IMG/VR virus record: IMGVR_UViG_3300037465_000558
From: a virus
DNA: 64,000 nucleotides
Strand: one strand, 5' to 3'
Shown: piece by piece, positions 7,285-16,883 of the stretch
Position numbering within the stretch: the first letter of the stretch is position 1
How the letters are laid out: each line of letters opens with the position of its first letter
Notes under the pieces: generated by a model
Seen by the model: the letters and a program-made list of their open reading frames with translations, nothing else
The model's database searches: none
Told to the model about the DNA's origin: nothing
Program-made: the position numbers and the translations under genes

Positions 7285-8292
7285 CTAGAACCGCTCCGAC
7301 TTCTGGAAGTAGCCGGCGCCCACGGGCGGCAGGGCGGGGCGGGCCGGCGCGTAGTAGTCCTGCGCGCCCTTCCGCCGGCCGACGGTGATGTAGTCGGCGA
7401 GGCCGAGCTGCTTGAGCGCCTGCATCGCGACCTGCGGCGACTGGCCCTGGGAGATGAGGTTGTCGTAGACGGCCTGAGCCTTGGCCGAGTACCAGTCCGC
7501 CGTGCCCTTCTTCGCGGGCATGGTCGGCAGCGCCGCGGCGAGAAGCGCCTCCTCGACCGGGAAGAGCTGCTCGCGGACCTTCGTGGAGAGCGCCGAGACG
7601 AGGAGGAGCGACGAGCCGATGAGCCCGCCCACGAAAATGCCGCGCCCGAGCCGCCCACGCGTGACGGCCGAGACGAGGCCCGAGGTCGCCGCCGTCGAGA
7701 CGAACGCCGTCGCGACGCCGCCGAACCCTCGCTGGAAGCCGTCGACCCCCGTCGCCTTGGCGAGGAGCTTCGGCACCGAGAGCGAGACCGAGAGGCCGCC
7801 GAGACCCTCCGCCGCGAGCGTCCACGTGCGGAGATCCCAGAGAGCCGAGAGCGGCTGCGTGATCGTGCCGAGGCCCGGGTTGTGGCGCCGGCCCCGGCGG
7901 CGGTAGACCACCACGCCCGGGTTCCGGCGACGCCGACGGATGCGGAAGGGGTTCGAGCGCCGCGCCCGACGCCGCGAACGGTACGGGTTCTTCCGCCGCT
8001 TGCTGGACTTCTTGCCCGAATTCTTCCGCTTCTTCCCGCCGCCCCCACCCGGGAACCCGGCGAGGATGACCTGCGTCGTGGCCGGCGAGGACTTGCGGCG
8101 CTTGCCCGACTTCGTCCGCGAGCGCGCGGTCTTCGGGAAGCGGGCGATGAGGGCCCCGCCCTTCTCCGTGAACCGCCCGGCCGAGCCGCGGCGGATCTGG
8201 AAGGGGAGGTTGCGGCGGCGCGGGCGCGCGTTCGACCGCCTGACGATGCTGTACGCCCGGCGACGCTTGGCGGGCGAGTACGAAACCGGCAT
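7285..8292 (-). CDS. Arg-rich, membrane-associated putative core protein with R-x-N-P repeats
   Basis: ATG 8292 with GAAAGGAG RBS; very basic N-half (RRKNP, RRSNP, RRRNP, RRHNP), hydrophobic segments in C-half. Confidence 0.75.
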   Translation of the reverse strand: MPVSYSPAKRRRAYSIVRRSNARPRRRNLPFQIRRGSAGRFTEKGGALIARFPKTARSRTKSGKRRKSSPATTQVILAGFPGGGGGKKRKNSGKKSSKRRKNPYRSRRRARRSNPFRIRRRRRNPGVVVYRRRGRRHNPGLGTITQPLSALWDLRTWTLAAEGLGGLSVSLSVPKLLAKATGVDGFQRGFGGVATAFVSTAATSGLVSAVTRGRLGRGIFVGGLIGSSLLLVSALSTKVREQLFPVEEALLAAALPTMPAKKGTADWYSAKAQAVYDNLISQGQSPQVAMQALKQLGLADYITVGRRKGAQDYYAPARPALPPVGAGYFQKSERF

Positions 8293-8427
8293 GGACGACT
8301 CCTTTCGAGACGGGCCCGCGGCGACGTGCCGTCGCGCCGAAGGGCGTGACACGGGTTGGGGCCGTCCCGACGTTCGGGACAGCCGCCCGAGTTCCGACTT
8401 GGCTCCGTTGACGAGGAAGAACATGGG

Positions 8428-10008
8428 TCAGCCTCGCAACCAGTCCCGGCCCCTCATGCCGCCCATGAGGTGGAAGCCGGTTCTTTGGCTCTGGACGAGG
8501 TAAGTGGGACGCCTCTTGGAGGTCTCGTGTCCCCACGGCGAGCCCTGCTTGTTCGAGCCCTCCGGGACATCGTCGTAGGTGACCTCGGGGCTCCGGCCCC
8601 AGAGGAAGCCCGAGTCGACCGCGTTGCCGCGGCCGTCGTCGAGGATGACGACCTCATCCGAGATCGCCACTCCAGGTCCGTGGGCGCGCCGGAAGGCTTC
8701 CACATCGGCCCGGATCTGCGGGTAGCGACGGATCGCCTCGGCGAGCGGCATGGTGCCGAGGAAGATGTCCGACGGGAACTTGAGCGCCGGGTTTCGCCGC
8801 CGTGCTGGCGCCGCGCTCCTAGGGAGCAGCGCCGCGGCCGCGGCGACGCCGCCAGCGGCGAGCGCCCAGCCAGGGACGTTGCGCGCGCGCCGCGGGTTCT
8901 TCGGCATCCCGTGCCGCTGCCACACGTCGAACATGGCCCGCCAGGCAGGCGTTCCGCGCCGCGGTGGCGTCATGCCGCGCGAGCGCGCCCACGCCTCGGC
9001 GGCGTCGGCGAGGGTCGGCGCGTTGCGACCGCGCGGCGGGTTCCCAAGGAGCGGGAGCGCCGAGCCAACGACGGTCACGTAGGGGTTGCGCTTCGCTGGC
9101 GCGAAACCCTGAGCGATGAACTCCGGCCGATCCTGCGCATCGGTGGAGATGAGCAGCGGCGTCCCCTTCCCGTGCCAGGCTTCCGCGGCGAGCATGGGGT
9201 TCCGTGTGCGTCGGGAGTTCTCGCGCGCGAGAGACCCAGGCTCGGCGTGCTTCCGCCGGGCATCGAGCTTCCCGGCCTTGGTAACCCAGAACGCGTGTTG
9301 CGTGAGCCACTCCGCGTCCGAGACGAGCGGCACAGGCTCCACACCACGAGCGCGGAGAGCTTCGCGCTGATGCGCGATCCGATGCTCATTCTCGAACGTC
9401 CAACGGTGGACGTAGGCGCGGAGAACCTCTTGCTGGAGATGAAAAGGAAGCCGATCGCCGCGGACGAGTTTAGGCCAGCGCTCCTTCTCGATGCGCTTCC
9501 TCATGGCCGCGAGACGCTGCGCCGCCACAACGTCGCCCTGCGCCGCAAGCCGCTCCAGCCGCCGCATCTCCTCGTCTTGGGGATTGCTTCTCCGCCCGAT
9601 CCCGAGCCGCTGCGCGATCGGCCGCCCGAAGGCGTCGTACGCGAGGCCACCCACCACGCCACCGAGGGCGGCAGGGAGGAGAGAGATCGGGTTGCAGCGC
9701 CCCGGGTTCGTCTTGAGCACGGGCCACGGCGGACCGGAGACCGCGATCGGGAGTGCGGCCTCCACCGCATCCAGGTCCGCCGAGGTGAGAGGCTTGCCGG
9801 TCGCAACGTAGACAAGCGGGTACGTCTCGAAGGAGCCGGCCGCGGGCGCGTGGAAGGGATGGAGTGTGTCCACATCCCAGCCCGGCAGACGATCGCGCAC
9901 GACAGCCCGCGCGACGTTGACGTGGACCTGACCGTACAGGCTCACGATCGGGCCCATGGCGCCCTTGGGCCACATGATCTGGACTGAGCTGCGACGGCGC
10001 GTAGCCAT
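8428..10008 (-). CDS. Modular virion-block protein segmented by basic-N-P motifs
   Basis: 526 aa; RRSNPQ, RTRNPM, KRNPY, KNPRR, RRRNPA separate dissimilar segments; ATGA overlap. Confidence 0.75.
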   Translation of the reverse strand: MATRRRSSVQIMWPKGAMGPIVSLYGQVHVNVARAVVRDRLPGWDVDTLHPFHAPAAGSFETYPLVYVATGKPLTSADLDAVEAALPIAVSGPPWPVLKTNPGRCNPISLLPAALGGVVGGLAYDAFGRPIAQRLGIGRRSNPQDEEMRRLERLAAQGDVVAAQRLAAMRKRIEKERWPKLVRGDRLPFHLQQEVLRAYVHRWTFENEHRIAHQREALRARGVEPVPLVSDAEWLTQHAFWVTKAGKLDARRKHAEPGSLARENSRRTRNPMLAAEAWHGKGTPLLISTDAQDRPEFIAQGFAPAKRNPYVTVVGSALPLLGNPPRGRNAPTLADAAEAWARSRGMTPPRRGTPAWRAMFDVWQRHGMPKNPRRARNVPGWALAAGGVAAAAALLPRSAAPARRRNPALKFPSDIFLGTMPLAEAIRRYPQIRADVEAFRRAHGPGVAISDEVVILDDGRGNAVDSGFLWGRSPEVTYDDVPEGSNKQGSPWGHETSKRRPTYLVQSQRTGFHLMGGMRGRDWLRG

Positions 10009-11249
10009 CAGCGCTTGCGCCCCTTCTTGAAGATGTCCCCGCTATGGAACAAACAGCGGCAGCCCGGCTTGTGGCTCGCGAAGCCGCCGCCCTTGCGACC
10101 GCTCTTCTTGGGCTTGTTCGGTCGTCGCGCCGCCGTGTGCCGCACGAGCTGCGACGCCTCGGCGATGCCATCCGCGATGCCGCCGTTGTAGTTCGCGTAC
10201 AACTTCTGCTTGGCGGCGAGGCGCTTGTACTCCGGCGTGCCGATGCGCTCGTACTCCTCGGCAACACCCTTGTCGGCGTAGGCGAGGTCCATGAACTGCT
10301 TCCGCCGCCGCTCCAGAAGGCGAAGCTCACGCGGCGTGAGCGGGTTCGCCCTCTGACTGCGGAACCACACGATCTGTCCCGATGCGTTCACCTGGATGCC
10401 GCTCACCCCGAACGCGCGCTCGACCTCGTTCGCCGCCGCGCGGTGCGTCTGCCCAGCACGGCGGAGGCTCTCGTAGTAGCGCTGGAGGTCCATGCGCGTG
10501 GGCCCAGTGACGGCGTTGCGCCGCCGCGGGTTCTTCTTCTTGCCGAAGAGGCGCGCCTTGCACGCGGCGCAGAGCACCTCGTCCTTGGGGAGGCCCGTGC
10601 GTCCGCACGCATCGCACGTGGGCGCCCATTGGATGGGGATGGTGATCGGCCACCCCGGCCGCCCCGGCGCGTTTCGATACGACCCGCCCTTGGAACCGCC
10701 GAAAGCGGCGAGCCACTCGATGACCTTCTTCTCGGTTCCCGAGAAGAGCACCTGACGCTTCTGCACCGGAGCGCTCGCCGGCCACGTCACGAGCCACCGC
10801 TGGTTCGGCACCGACCAGAGAATCGAGAGCCCCGTGACCTGGGGACCACGCCACCGCGCCACGGCGTTGCGACGCCGCGCGCTCGCCCGCCCCGCCACGA
10901 ACCCGGCGCCGGCACCGAGCGCGCCCGCAGCGAGCGGCGTGAGGCCGCCAACGGGGATGTAGGCGTTCGACCGGCGCGAGACCGGGTTCGCCGCCTTCCG
11001 CGGCGCCGTCACCCGTTTGACGATGTCGCCGCGCCGGACCGCCTCCTCGACGAGTCGCTTCGGGAACGGCACGCCCTCGACCTTCACAAGCGGCGGGTGC
11101 GGGCAGACGGAGCGGAGGGTCGCGTAGAAGACCGAGCGACCCCTCTTCGGTCCGTACCGGCGCACGATCCCGACGAACATCTTGCGGAAGATCGCCTCGG
11201 CGATCCTGGGGAGGCGACCCGTCGCATAGGGCAGGTACGGCTTGCTCAT
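10008..11249 (-). CDS. Basic modular virion-block protein with N-P/N-A motifs
   Basis: ATG 11249 with GGAGG RBS; KAANPV, RRSNAY, RRRNAV, KKNPRRRNAV, RANPL; includes a CxxC...CxxC segment. Confidence 0.75.
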   Translation of the reverse strand: MSKPYLPYATGRLPRIAEAIFRKMFVGIVRRYGPKRGRSVFYATLRSVCPHPPLVKVEGVPFPKRLVEEAVRRGDIVKRVTAPRKAANPVSRRSNAYIPVGGLTPLAAGALGAGAGFVAGRASARRRNAVARWRGPQVTGLSILWSVPNQRWLVTWPASAPVQKRQVLFSGTEKKVIEWLAAFGGSKGGSYRNAPGRPGWPITIPIQWAPTCDACGRTGLPKDEVLCAACKARLFGKKKNPRRRNAVTGPTRMDLQRYYESLRRAGQTHRAAANEVERAFGVSGIQVNASGQIVWFRSQRANPLTPRELRLLERRRKQFMDLAYADKGVAEEYERIGTPEYKRLAAKQKLYANYNGGIADGIAEASQLVRHTAARRPNKPKKSGRKGGGFASHKPGCRCLFHSGDIFKKGRKR

Positions 11250-12361
11250 CGCCACGTCCTCCACCGACGCCGCGGCCGGTTCTGCTTGCGCTCGGGCTCG
11301 CCACCACCACCGCGAGACGCGGCGTAGACGAGCCCTCCCACTACGGCCACGGTCGCGAGGCCGATCCCGACGACCGCGCCCGTGCTGAGTCCCTTCTTCT
11401 CGCGAGGCGGCGCCACGACGGGCGGCGGCGCGCCAAAGAGAGCGCCGTAGACGTCCTGGGTTGCCTGGAGCGCCTTCGGGACGGCGGGACCAGGCCCGAA
11501 GAGCGTCTGGACGACGCCGGTCGCCGTGTCGACAACGGGCTTGGAGGGCGCAGCGCTGGGAATCGCACCGTTCGGCGCTGCCGAAGGCTTCGCCGTGCCC
11601 TTGATCTTCTGGCCGAGCGTGGGCGCGTCGGCCCACGGCCACCACCGGAGGACGGCGCTGCCCGCGACCTCGTCGTCCGAGAACCAGCCTTCCTCGACCT
11701 CTTGGAGGAGGACGTTGAAGCCGGCGCCGACCTGATCCTTCCGCTCGACCTTCCAGACGCCCGGCGGAAGACCGACGACGGAGTAGGAGGGTGCCTCGCC
11801 TACAGAGATCGTGCGCTGCCGATAGGGGTCTTCGGCTTCACGAGAAGCCCGCTGCTTGGCGAGGATCTCTTCGACGGCTGCCGTATCGCGAGCGATGGCA
11901 ACCTCCTCGGCCTCGCTTGCTGCGCGCTGCCTGGCGAGGATCTCCTCCACAGCCGCGGTGTCGCGCTCGATCGCCAACTGATCGGAAAGTTCATCGGCAA
12001 TCGACTTGAGTCGAGAGACCTCGTGGTAGTCGCCACGGGTCTGAGCAAGCGAAATCGCGTTCAAGACATCCGCAAGCTCTGCTTGAACGCTCGCCACGTC
12101 GCCCACACCCTGTCGCCCCGCGCATCCGCACCCGAGCCCACGCGAGGCGAGGAACTCCACCGCGAGCGGGCCGCCGCGCGCCGCCCAGTACCTCTCCACG
12201 CCCGAAAGCCCGCGCTTGGGTTCGAGCTGCTCCGGCGAGAACGTCTCGAACGCCTCGGTTCCGCGCGGCGTCGCCACGGGCTGAGCCCGGGAGAGTCCCT
12301 TGGGCGCCGCGCCGTTCTTCTGCGTGATCGAGCGGACGAGGCCGCCGTTGTAGCCCTTCAC
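11246..12361 (-). CDS. Membrane-anchored virion-block protein (coiled coil, C-terminal TM, basic tail)
   Basis: GTG 12361 with GGAGG RBS; GLG/GVG motifs; TM GAVVGIGLATVAVVGGLVYAA followed by Arg-rich tail. Confidence 0.75.
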   Translation of the reverse strand: MKGYNGGLVRSITQKNGAAPKGLSRAQPVATPRGTEAFETFSPEQLEPKRGLSGVERYWAARGGPLAVEFLASRGLGCGCAGRQGVGDVASVQAELADVLNAISLAQTRGDYHEVSRLKSIADELSDQLAIERDTAAVEEILARQRAASEAEEVAIARDTAAVEEILAKQRASREAEDPYRQRTISVGEAPSYSVVGLPPGVWKVERKDQVGAGFNVLLQEVEEGWFSDDEVAGSAVLRWWPWADAPTLGQKIKGTAKPSAAPNGAIPSAAPSKPVVDTATGVVQTLFGPGPAVPKALQATQDVYGALFGAPPPVVAPPREKKGLSTGAVVGIGLATVAVVGGLVYAASRGGGGEPERKQNRPRRRWRTWR

Positions 12362-12798
12362 GCGACGCCTCCCAGCCGCCGCGCGGCTTCCAGGATGTCC
12401 TCGACGCGGTCCCGAACACCCACGAGCGGCTCGTCGAGCGCCATGGGCCAGGGGCCGGAATCGACGATCGCACGGACCGTCGCGAGGTCGGAGCGGAGCT
12501 TGTGAAGCTCGTCGATCGCGGCTGCCTCGGGATGCCAAGGGGCGATGAGGCCGCCTCCGGGGTGATGGCCCACGCGCCGGTAGACCGCAACGTCTGCGTT
12601 CTGGAACGCGTGCTCCGCGCGCTGGAGCAGCATGCGCGCCGTCCGCTCGGCGCCCGCCGGATCGGTCGGCGAGAGGCTCTCGATGTCCTCGGGCCGATCG
12701 CGCACGGGACTCGCGACGTTGCCGCCCACGGCCGAGCCGTAGACGATGCCGAGGCCGAGATCGCGGATCGGGTCGCGGGGGATCTCGCGGTAAGCCAT
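12358..12798 (-). CDS. Virion-block protein (MAYR start, GLG motif)
   Basis: 146 aa, coupled to neighbours by overlap/abutment. Confidence 0.7.
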   Translation of the reverse strand: MAYREIPRDPIRDLGLGIVYGSAVGGNVASPVRDRPEDIESLSPTDPAGAERTARMLLQRAEHAFQNADVAVYRRVGHHPGGGLIAPWHPEAAAIDELHKLRSDLATVRAIVDSGPWPMALDEPLVGVRDRVEDILEAARRLGGVA

Positions 12799-13548
12799 CT
12801 ACCACCCCCTCCAGACATTCCTGAGCCGCTCGTCGGTCTTGGCCGGCGTGATCGCGGCACCCGCACGACGAGAGGCGCCTCGGATCGCGGGCCCGAAGAG
12901 GTAGGCGGTGAGCGTGAGCCCAGCGAGCGCGCCCACACCGTAGATCGGCCACTTCCAGCGGTCGAACCAGTCGCCCGCGGCCTTGGCGGCGCCCTGGACC
13001 TGCCTCTTGCGCTCGTCCGCGACCTCGGCGAGCGACTCCAGATACCAGTCGGACCAGGAGGTTCGCGGGTCGGGCTGGGCCGCCACGCGCGCCGCCGGAG
13101 TCCGAGGCGCGAGCCTCCCGAGACGAACCTCCTCGGCGGCATCCTTCCCGAGCGCATCGACGAGTTCCTGGAGCCGCGGGATGTTGGCCCAGTCCTGGGT
13201 CGCGTACGCTTGGGCCAGGGCCGTCTGCGCATCCGCGAGCGCGACGAGAGTCTCTTCGCTCTGTCCGAGACCCTGCCGCGCCGCCAACTCGGCGCGCATG
13301 GCGCAGACGCGCGCGTCGCCCATGCCGACGTGCGACGGCACCCAGTCAGGCACGCCCGGGATCGGCCTCCCCGGAGAGTCGGTGTTCGCCGCGGCGATGC
13401 CGAAGATGCCATCGAGGTCGCGACGCGGGCCGCCCGAAGGAACGAAGGGCGAACCCGGCACGAGGCCCGTGGGCAGCTCGATCGTGCCGTCGGCTCCTCG
13501 CCAGACCGAAGTCCCGAACGTCGGAAGCGGCGCCACGCGATAGGCCAT
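12799..13548 (-). CDS. Membrane-anchored virion-block protein (MAYR start)
   Basis: 249 aa; GMG/GLG motifs; TM WPIYGVGALAGLTLTAYLFGPAI near C-terminus. Confidence 0.75.
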   Translation of the reverse strand: MAYRVAPLPTFGTSVWRGADGTIELPTGLVPGSPFVPSGGPRRDLDGIFGIAAANTDSPGRPIPGVPDWVPSHVGMGDARVCAMRAELAARQGLGQSEETLVALADAQTALAQAYATQDWANIPRLQELVDALGKDAAEEVRLGRLAPRTPAARVAAQPDPRTSWSDWYLESLAEVADERKRQVQGAAKAAGDWFDRWKWPIYGVGALAGLTLTAYLFGPAIRGASRRAGAAITPAKTDERLRNVWRGW

Positions 13549-13551
13549 GCG

Positions 13552-14013
13552 CTACCACCTCCCTCCGGGCAAGGCGCAGAACGTGCGCGCATCGAAGCGC
13601 CGCGGATTCCGACGCCGATAGGAACGGAGCGCTCGCGCGACCACGAACGCGATCCCGGCCGCGGTCGCCACACCCACGCCGACGGCGACGACACGCGCGA
13701 GCCCCGAGTAGTCCGGGACGTCGCGCCAGGGATCGAGGTCGACCTTGCCGCCGATCGTCCCCACCGTGACTCGCGGACGCAGGACGTGCGCCGTGAGCCA
13801 CTGACCCCACCCGCTGCCCTCAGCCGAAGGCTCGGCGTCGCCCGTGCGGTACTCGATCTCGACCTCGGGGAACGCCGTCGAGACGGCCACGGAGTTCACG
13901 ACGCCACCGAGAGCGCCCACGCTCGGGATCTGCCCGAGACCCGAACCTCCCGCGAGCCCGAGGGCGGCGCGGTTCGCGGCGCGGATCCTGTCCATCTCGG
14001 CGCGCGTGCGCAC
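13552..14013 (-). CDS. Membrane-anchored virion-block protein
   Basis: 153 aa; GSGLGQ, C-terminal TM then RRRNPRR. Confidence 0.7.
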   Translation of the reverse strand: MRTRAEMDRIRAANRAALGLAGGSGLGQIPSVGALGGVVNSVAVSTAFPEVEIEYRTGDAEPSAEGSGWGQWLTAHVLRPRVTVGTIGGKVDLDPWRDVPDYSGLARVVAVGVGVATAAGIAFVVARALRSYRRRNPRRFDARTFCALPGGRW

Positions 14014-15134
14014 TAGAGCACCCCCGCCAGAAGCCGACGCCTACGCCGCGGGTTCGAGCGCCGAGCCGCGACGATCTTCGAGGCGCCATAGGCGAGCCCG
14101 GCGACGACCGCCGCGCCACCCACCCACGGGATCGCCTTCTTCGCGACATCGACCCACTGAGCCGTGCGCGCTGCCGCGCTCGCCTCCTCGGAGCGCAGGG
14201 TCGCGAGCGCAACCTCGCGTTGCGCCTCGATCGCCTCGCGCTGGATCTCTTGCTGCTCGCGCGCACCCCTGGCGCCAAAGACGACGCCGGCCGCGGGGAC
14301 GGCCTGGGCGACCTGGCCGACGGCGCCCGAGATGGCGCCAATGACGGCCGACCAGGGATCCTGCCCGAGACCCGAGACGCCCCGCTTGCGCTTGGGACCG
14401 AAGACGCCACCACGCGACCACATGGTCCAAGGCGCGAAGACGTTCGAGAGAAGCTCCACGGTCGGGTCGACCTCGGGGAGCTTCTCCGGCTTGGGCGCGG
14501 GAGGCGCGGCCGTGCGCTCGGCGTCGCGGGACGCGAGGAACTCGTCGATGAGCCGACGAAGGTCCGACTTCGTGCCCGGGTTCGACCGGAGCGAGCGGTA
14601 GTACGTCTCGGCGGAGGAGGGCGCGTAGGCGCCGAGGCCGCGAAGCCCTGGCAGCGACGACACAGGACCGGGCTCCGCACCCGAGCCAGGAAGCCCGTAC
14701 CGGAACGTCTGGTAGCCGGCCGAGGAGATAGCCGCGGGAAGTTGGAGCGGCGCCAGAGCGCCGTAAGCCATCTCGATCCCAGGCACAGGCACGACGGGCG
14801 CGAAGAGCGGAGCCGCGAAGGTCGCCACGGTCAAAGCCGCTGCGATCCGCTCACCCTTCTGCTCCTTCTCGCGTGCCTTCCTCACGGCGCGAGCCTGCGC
14901 CTCGCGCGCTCCTTGTTCGAGCGCGAGCCGACGCGTGGCATCGCCGATCGGGTCCGTCACGCGTTGTCGCCAGCCGACCGAGCCGCGGAACTCGTCGACC
15001 ATGGCCCGGAAGCGAGGCGAGCCGGAGGCGTAGGCGGATGAGAGCCACTCCGGCTCGTCGCCGTAGGAGTAGCCCTCCCCGAGGCCCGCGCCCCGGATCG
15101 ACTCTGCCACGCCGCTCCCGGCCCGGTAGCCCAC
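14013..15134 (-). CDS. Membrane-anchored virion-block protein (MGYR start)
   Basis: 373 aa; three GLG motifs; C-terminal TM IPWVGGAAVVAGLAYGA then RRSNPRRRRR. Confidence 0.75.
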   Translation of the reverse strand: MGYRAGSGVAESIRGAGLGEGYSYGDEPEWLSSAYASGSPRFRAMVDEFRGSVGWRQRVTDPIGDATRRLALEQGAREAQARAVRKAREKEQKGERIAAALTVATFAAPLFAPVVPVPGIEMAYGALAPLQLPAAISSAGYQTFRYGLPGSGAEPGPVSSLPGLRGLGAYAPSSAETYYRSLRSNPGTKSDLRRLIDEFLASRDAERTAAPPAPKPEKLPEVDPTVELLSNVFAPWTMWSRGGVFGPKRKRGVSGLGQDPWSAVIGAISGAVGQVAQAVPAAGVVFGARGAREQQEIQREAIEAQREVALATLRSEEASAAARTAQWVDVAKKAIPWVGGAAVVAGLAYGASKIVAARRSNPRRRRRLLAGVL

Positions 15135-16442
15135 CTAAAAACGCTCTGCGCCCCAGATCCGCGTGTCGCGTCGCGGGATCCCGAACGGCTGCGGCGCCGC
15201 GACGGGCTCGGGCGGCGGGGCCGGCGCCATGCGCGCCTGGAGCGCCTGCGCGAGGGCTGCGATCACGTCCGTCCCGGGCTTCGAGAGCGCTTCTATGAGC
15301 GCGAGCGCCTCGGGTGAGGGCCCGGCCGGCGCGCCCACCGAAGACGGCGGCACGAACCGCTCCAGGAGCAAGGGGAGCGTCTGGAGGAGCGTCGCCTGTT
15401 GGGCGGCAGCGGCGGCGCGCTCCGCCGCGGCGGCCTCGCGCTCCTCGCGCATCTGAGCGAGGCGAAGCTCCATCTCCTCGCGGCGAGCCTGAGCTTCGAG
15501 CTGCGCCTGGGCGCGGATCCGCTCGGCCTCGATCTGAGCCTGGCGCTCGGCGCGAGCCCGCTCCTCGGAACGCTCGGCGAAGAGGAGGCGCTCCTGCTCC
15601 TGGCGGGCGCGTTCGGCGCGCTCCTCGGCGGCGAGACGAGCGGCCTCGGTCCTGGCCTCGGCGGCGGCCTGCACGGCGGCCTGCTCGCGACGCTGCGCCT
15701 CCTCGATCGCGCGCTGTTGTCCCGTGACGGCTGCGACGGCCGAGCGAAGCTCGCCCTCGCGACCGATCGCACGCGCCGCGGCGACCACGCTCGGCTCCTG
15801 GAGAGCGGCGAGCGCGCCAGCGAAGTTCCCCGACCCGGCGAGGGACTGCGCGACGAGAATCGCCTGCGAGACGGAGTCGGCGGCGGCCTGTGCCTCGCCC
15901 GCACGGCGCTCCGCCTCCTGTCTGGCGGCGGCGATCTGCCGCTGGCGCTCCGCCTCCTGCTCGGCGAGAGCAGCCTGGCGCTGGGCGGCGCCCGCGGCAT
16001 CGCGAACCTCGGCGAGGAGCTGCGCCGCACGCTTGACCTCGGTGCTCGTGCTGCTCGCCTTGGCGACGATCCCCTGGATGACCGGCGCTTGCGAGCCGAG
16101 CCACATGGCCGAGTAGAACCCGGCGGGCGGCACCATCTGCTCGATCGTCGTCTGCGAGGACCGCACGAACTCCGCGGCTTGGTCGAGCGTGCGCGCGAGC
16201 GGCGTCGCGTCGGCCACGGCCTGCGAGATCCCGGAGGACTGGATCTCGGCGAAAACACCACGCCCGACCTGGACGCCCTTCTCGATGTCCGAGAGGAGCG
16301 CCTTCGCCTTCGCCTGATCGGCCTCCAGCTCCGACTGACCGTAGAAGCCGAGGCCGCGGTGAAGGGGCGCCTGGAAGTCGCCCGCGCGAAGCGCCCGGCT
16401 CGTCCGGTGATCCGCGAGCCCGTTGCCGATCCGGTAGCCCAT
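15135..16442 (-). CDS. Long coiled-coil virion-block protein (MGYR start; pilot/tape-measure-like)
   Basis: ATG 16442 with GGAGG RBS; extended A/E/R/Q heptad-rich central region, Pro-rich C-terminus. Confidence 0.75.
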   Translation of the reverse strand: MGYRIGNGLADHRTSRALRAGDFQAPLHRGLGFYGQSELEADQAKAKALLSDIEKGVQVGRGVFAEIQSSGISQAVADATPLARTLDQAAEFVRSSQTTIEQMVPPAGFYSAMWLGSQAPVIQGIVAKASSTSTEVKRAAQLLAEVRDAAGAAQRQAALAEQEAERQRQIAAARQEAERRAGEAQAAADSVSQAILVAQSLAGSGNFAGALAALQEPSVVAAARAIGREGELRSAVAAVTGQQRAIEEAQRREQAAVQAAAEARTEAARLAAEERAERARQEQERLLFAERSEERARAERQAQIEAERIRAQAQLEAQARREEMELRLAQMREEREAAAAERAAAAAQQATLLQTLPLLLERFVPPSSVGAPAGPSPEALALIEALSKPGTDVIAALAQALQARMAPAPPPEPVAAPQPFGIPRRDTRIWGAERF

Positions 16443-16547
16443 TTTCCGAACCTCCAGGAAAACGAAAACGCCCGACACGGGAAAAGAGTTCGCTGACAGC
16501 GCGAATCTCGCTTCCAGGTCGGGCGTCCGGGAAAGCGCCGAGGCTAC

Positions 16548-16736
16548 TCAGCGCTCGTGGGGCGTCCTGCTCGTTTCTTCTTCCGCGTCTGCGTCTTCTG
16601 CTTCTCGTCTCAGCGCATCGTAGGCGCGTTGTGCTCTTTCGAGCGCGGCGCCCATCTCTCTCCACCTTCGCCAGGCGCAGACGAGAGCCTCGTGCATCTG
16701 GCTCAGGTGATTCGGGCGCATCGCCCGCTCATGCAT
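16548..16736 (-). CDS. Small helical hypothetical protein, probably leaderless
   Basis: 62 aa; ATG lies about 9 nt after the -10 box at 16750-16745. Confidence 0.5.
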   Translation of the reverse strand: MHERAMRPNHLSQMHEALVCAWRRWREMGAALERAQRAYDALRREAEDADAEEETSRTPHER

Positions 16737-16744
16737 GAGACCGA

Positions 16745-16774
16745 AGGGTAGACCGTCGCGCCCGTTCGTGTCAA
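16745..16774 (-). promoter_or_regulatory. sigma70-like promoter for the structural operon
   Basis: TTGACA-N18-TACCCT on the minus strand. Confidence 0.55.
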
Positions 16775-16883
16775 GCCTCCGGTCATCGCGCTTGGACGAT
16801 TCATCGCCAGGGTCGCGGCGGATGGCGCTTCTTGCAGCCTGGGCACACGGGGTAAACGAAGGGCCAGAACCACAACCAAGCGG

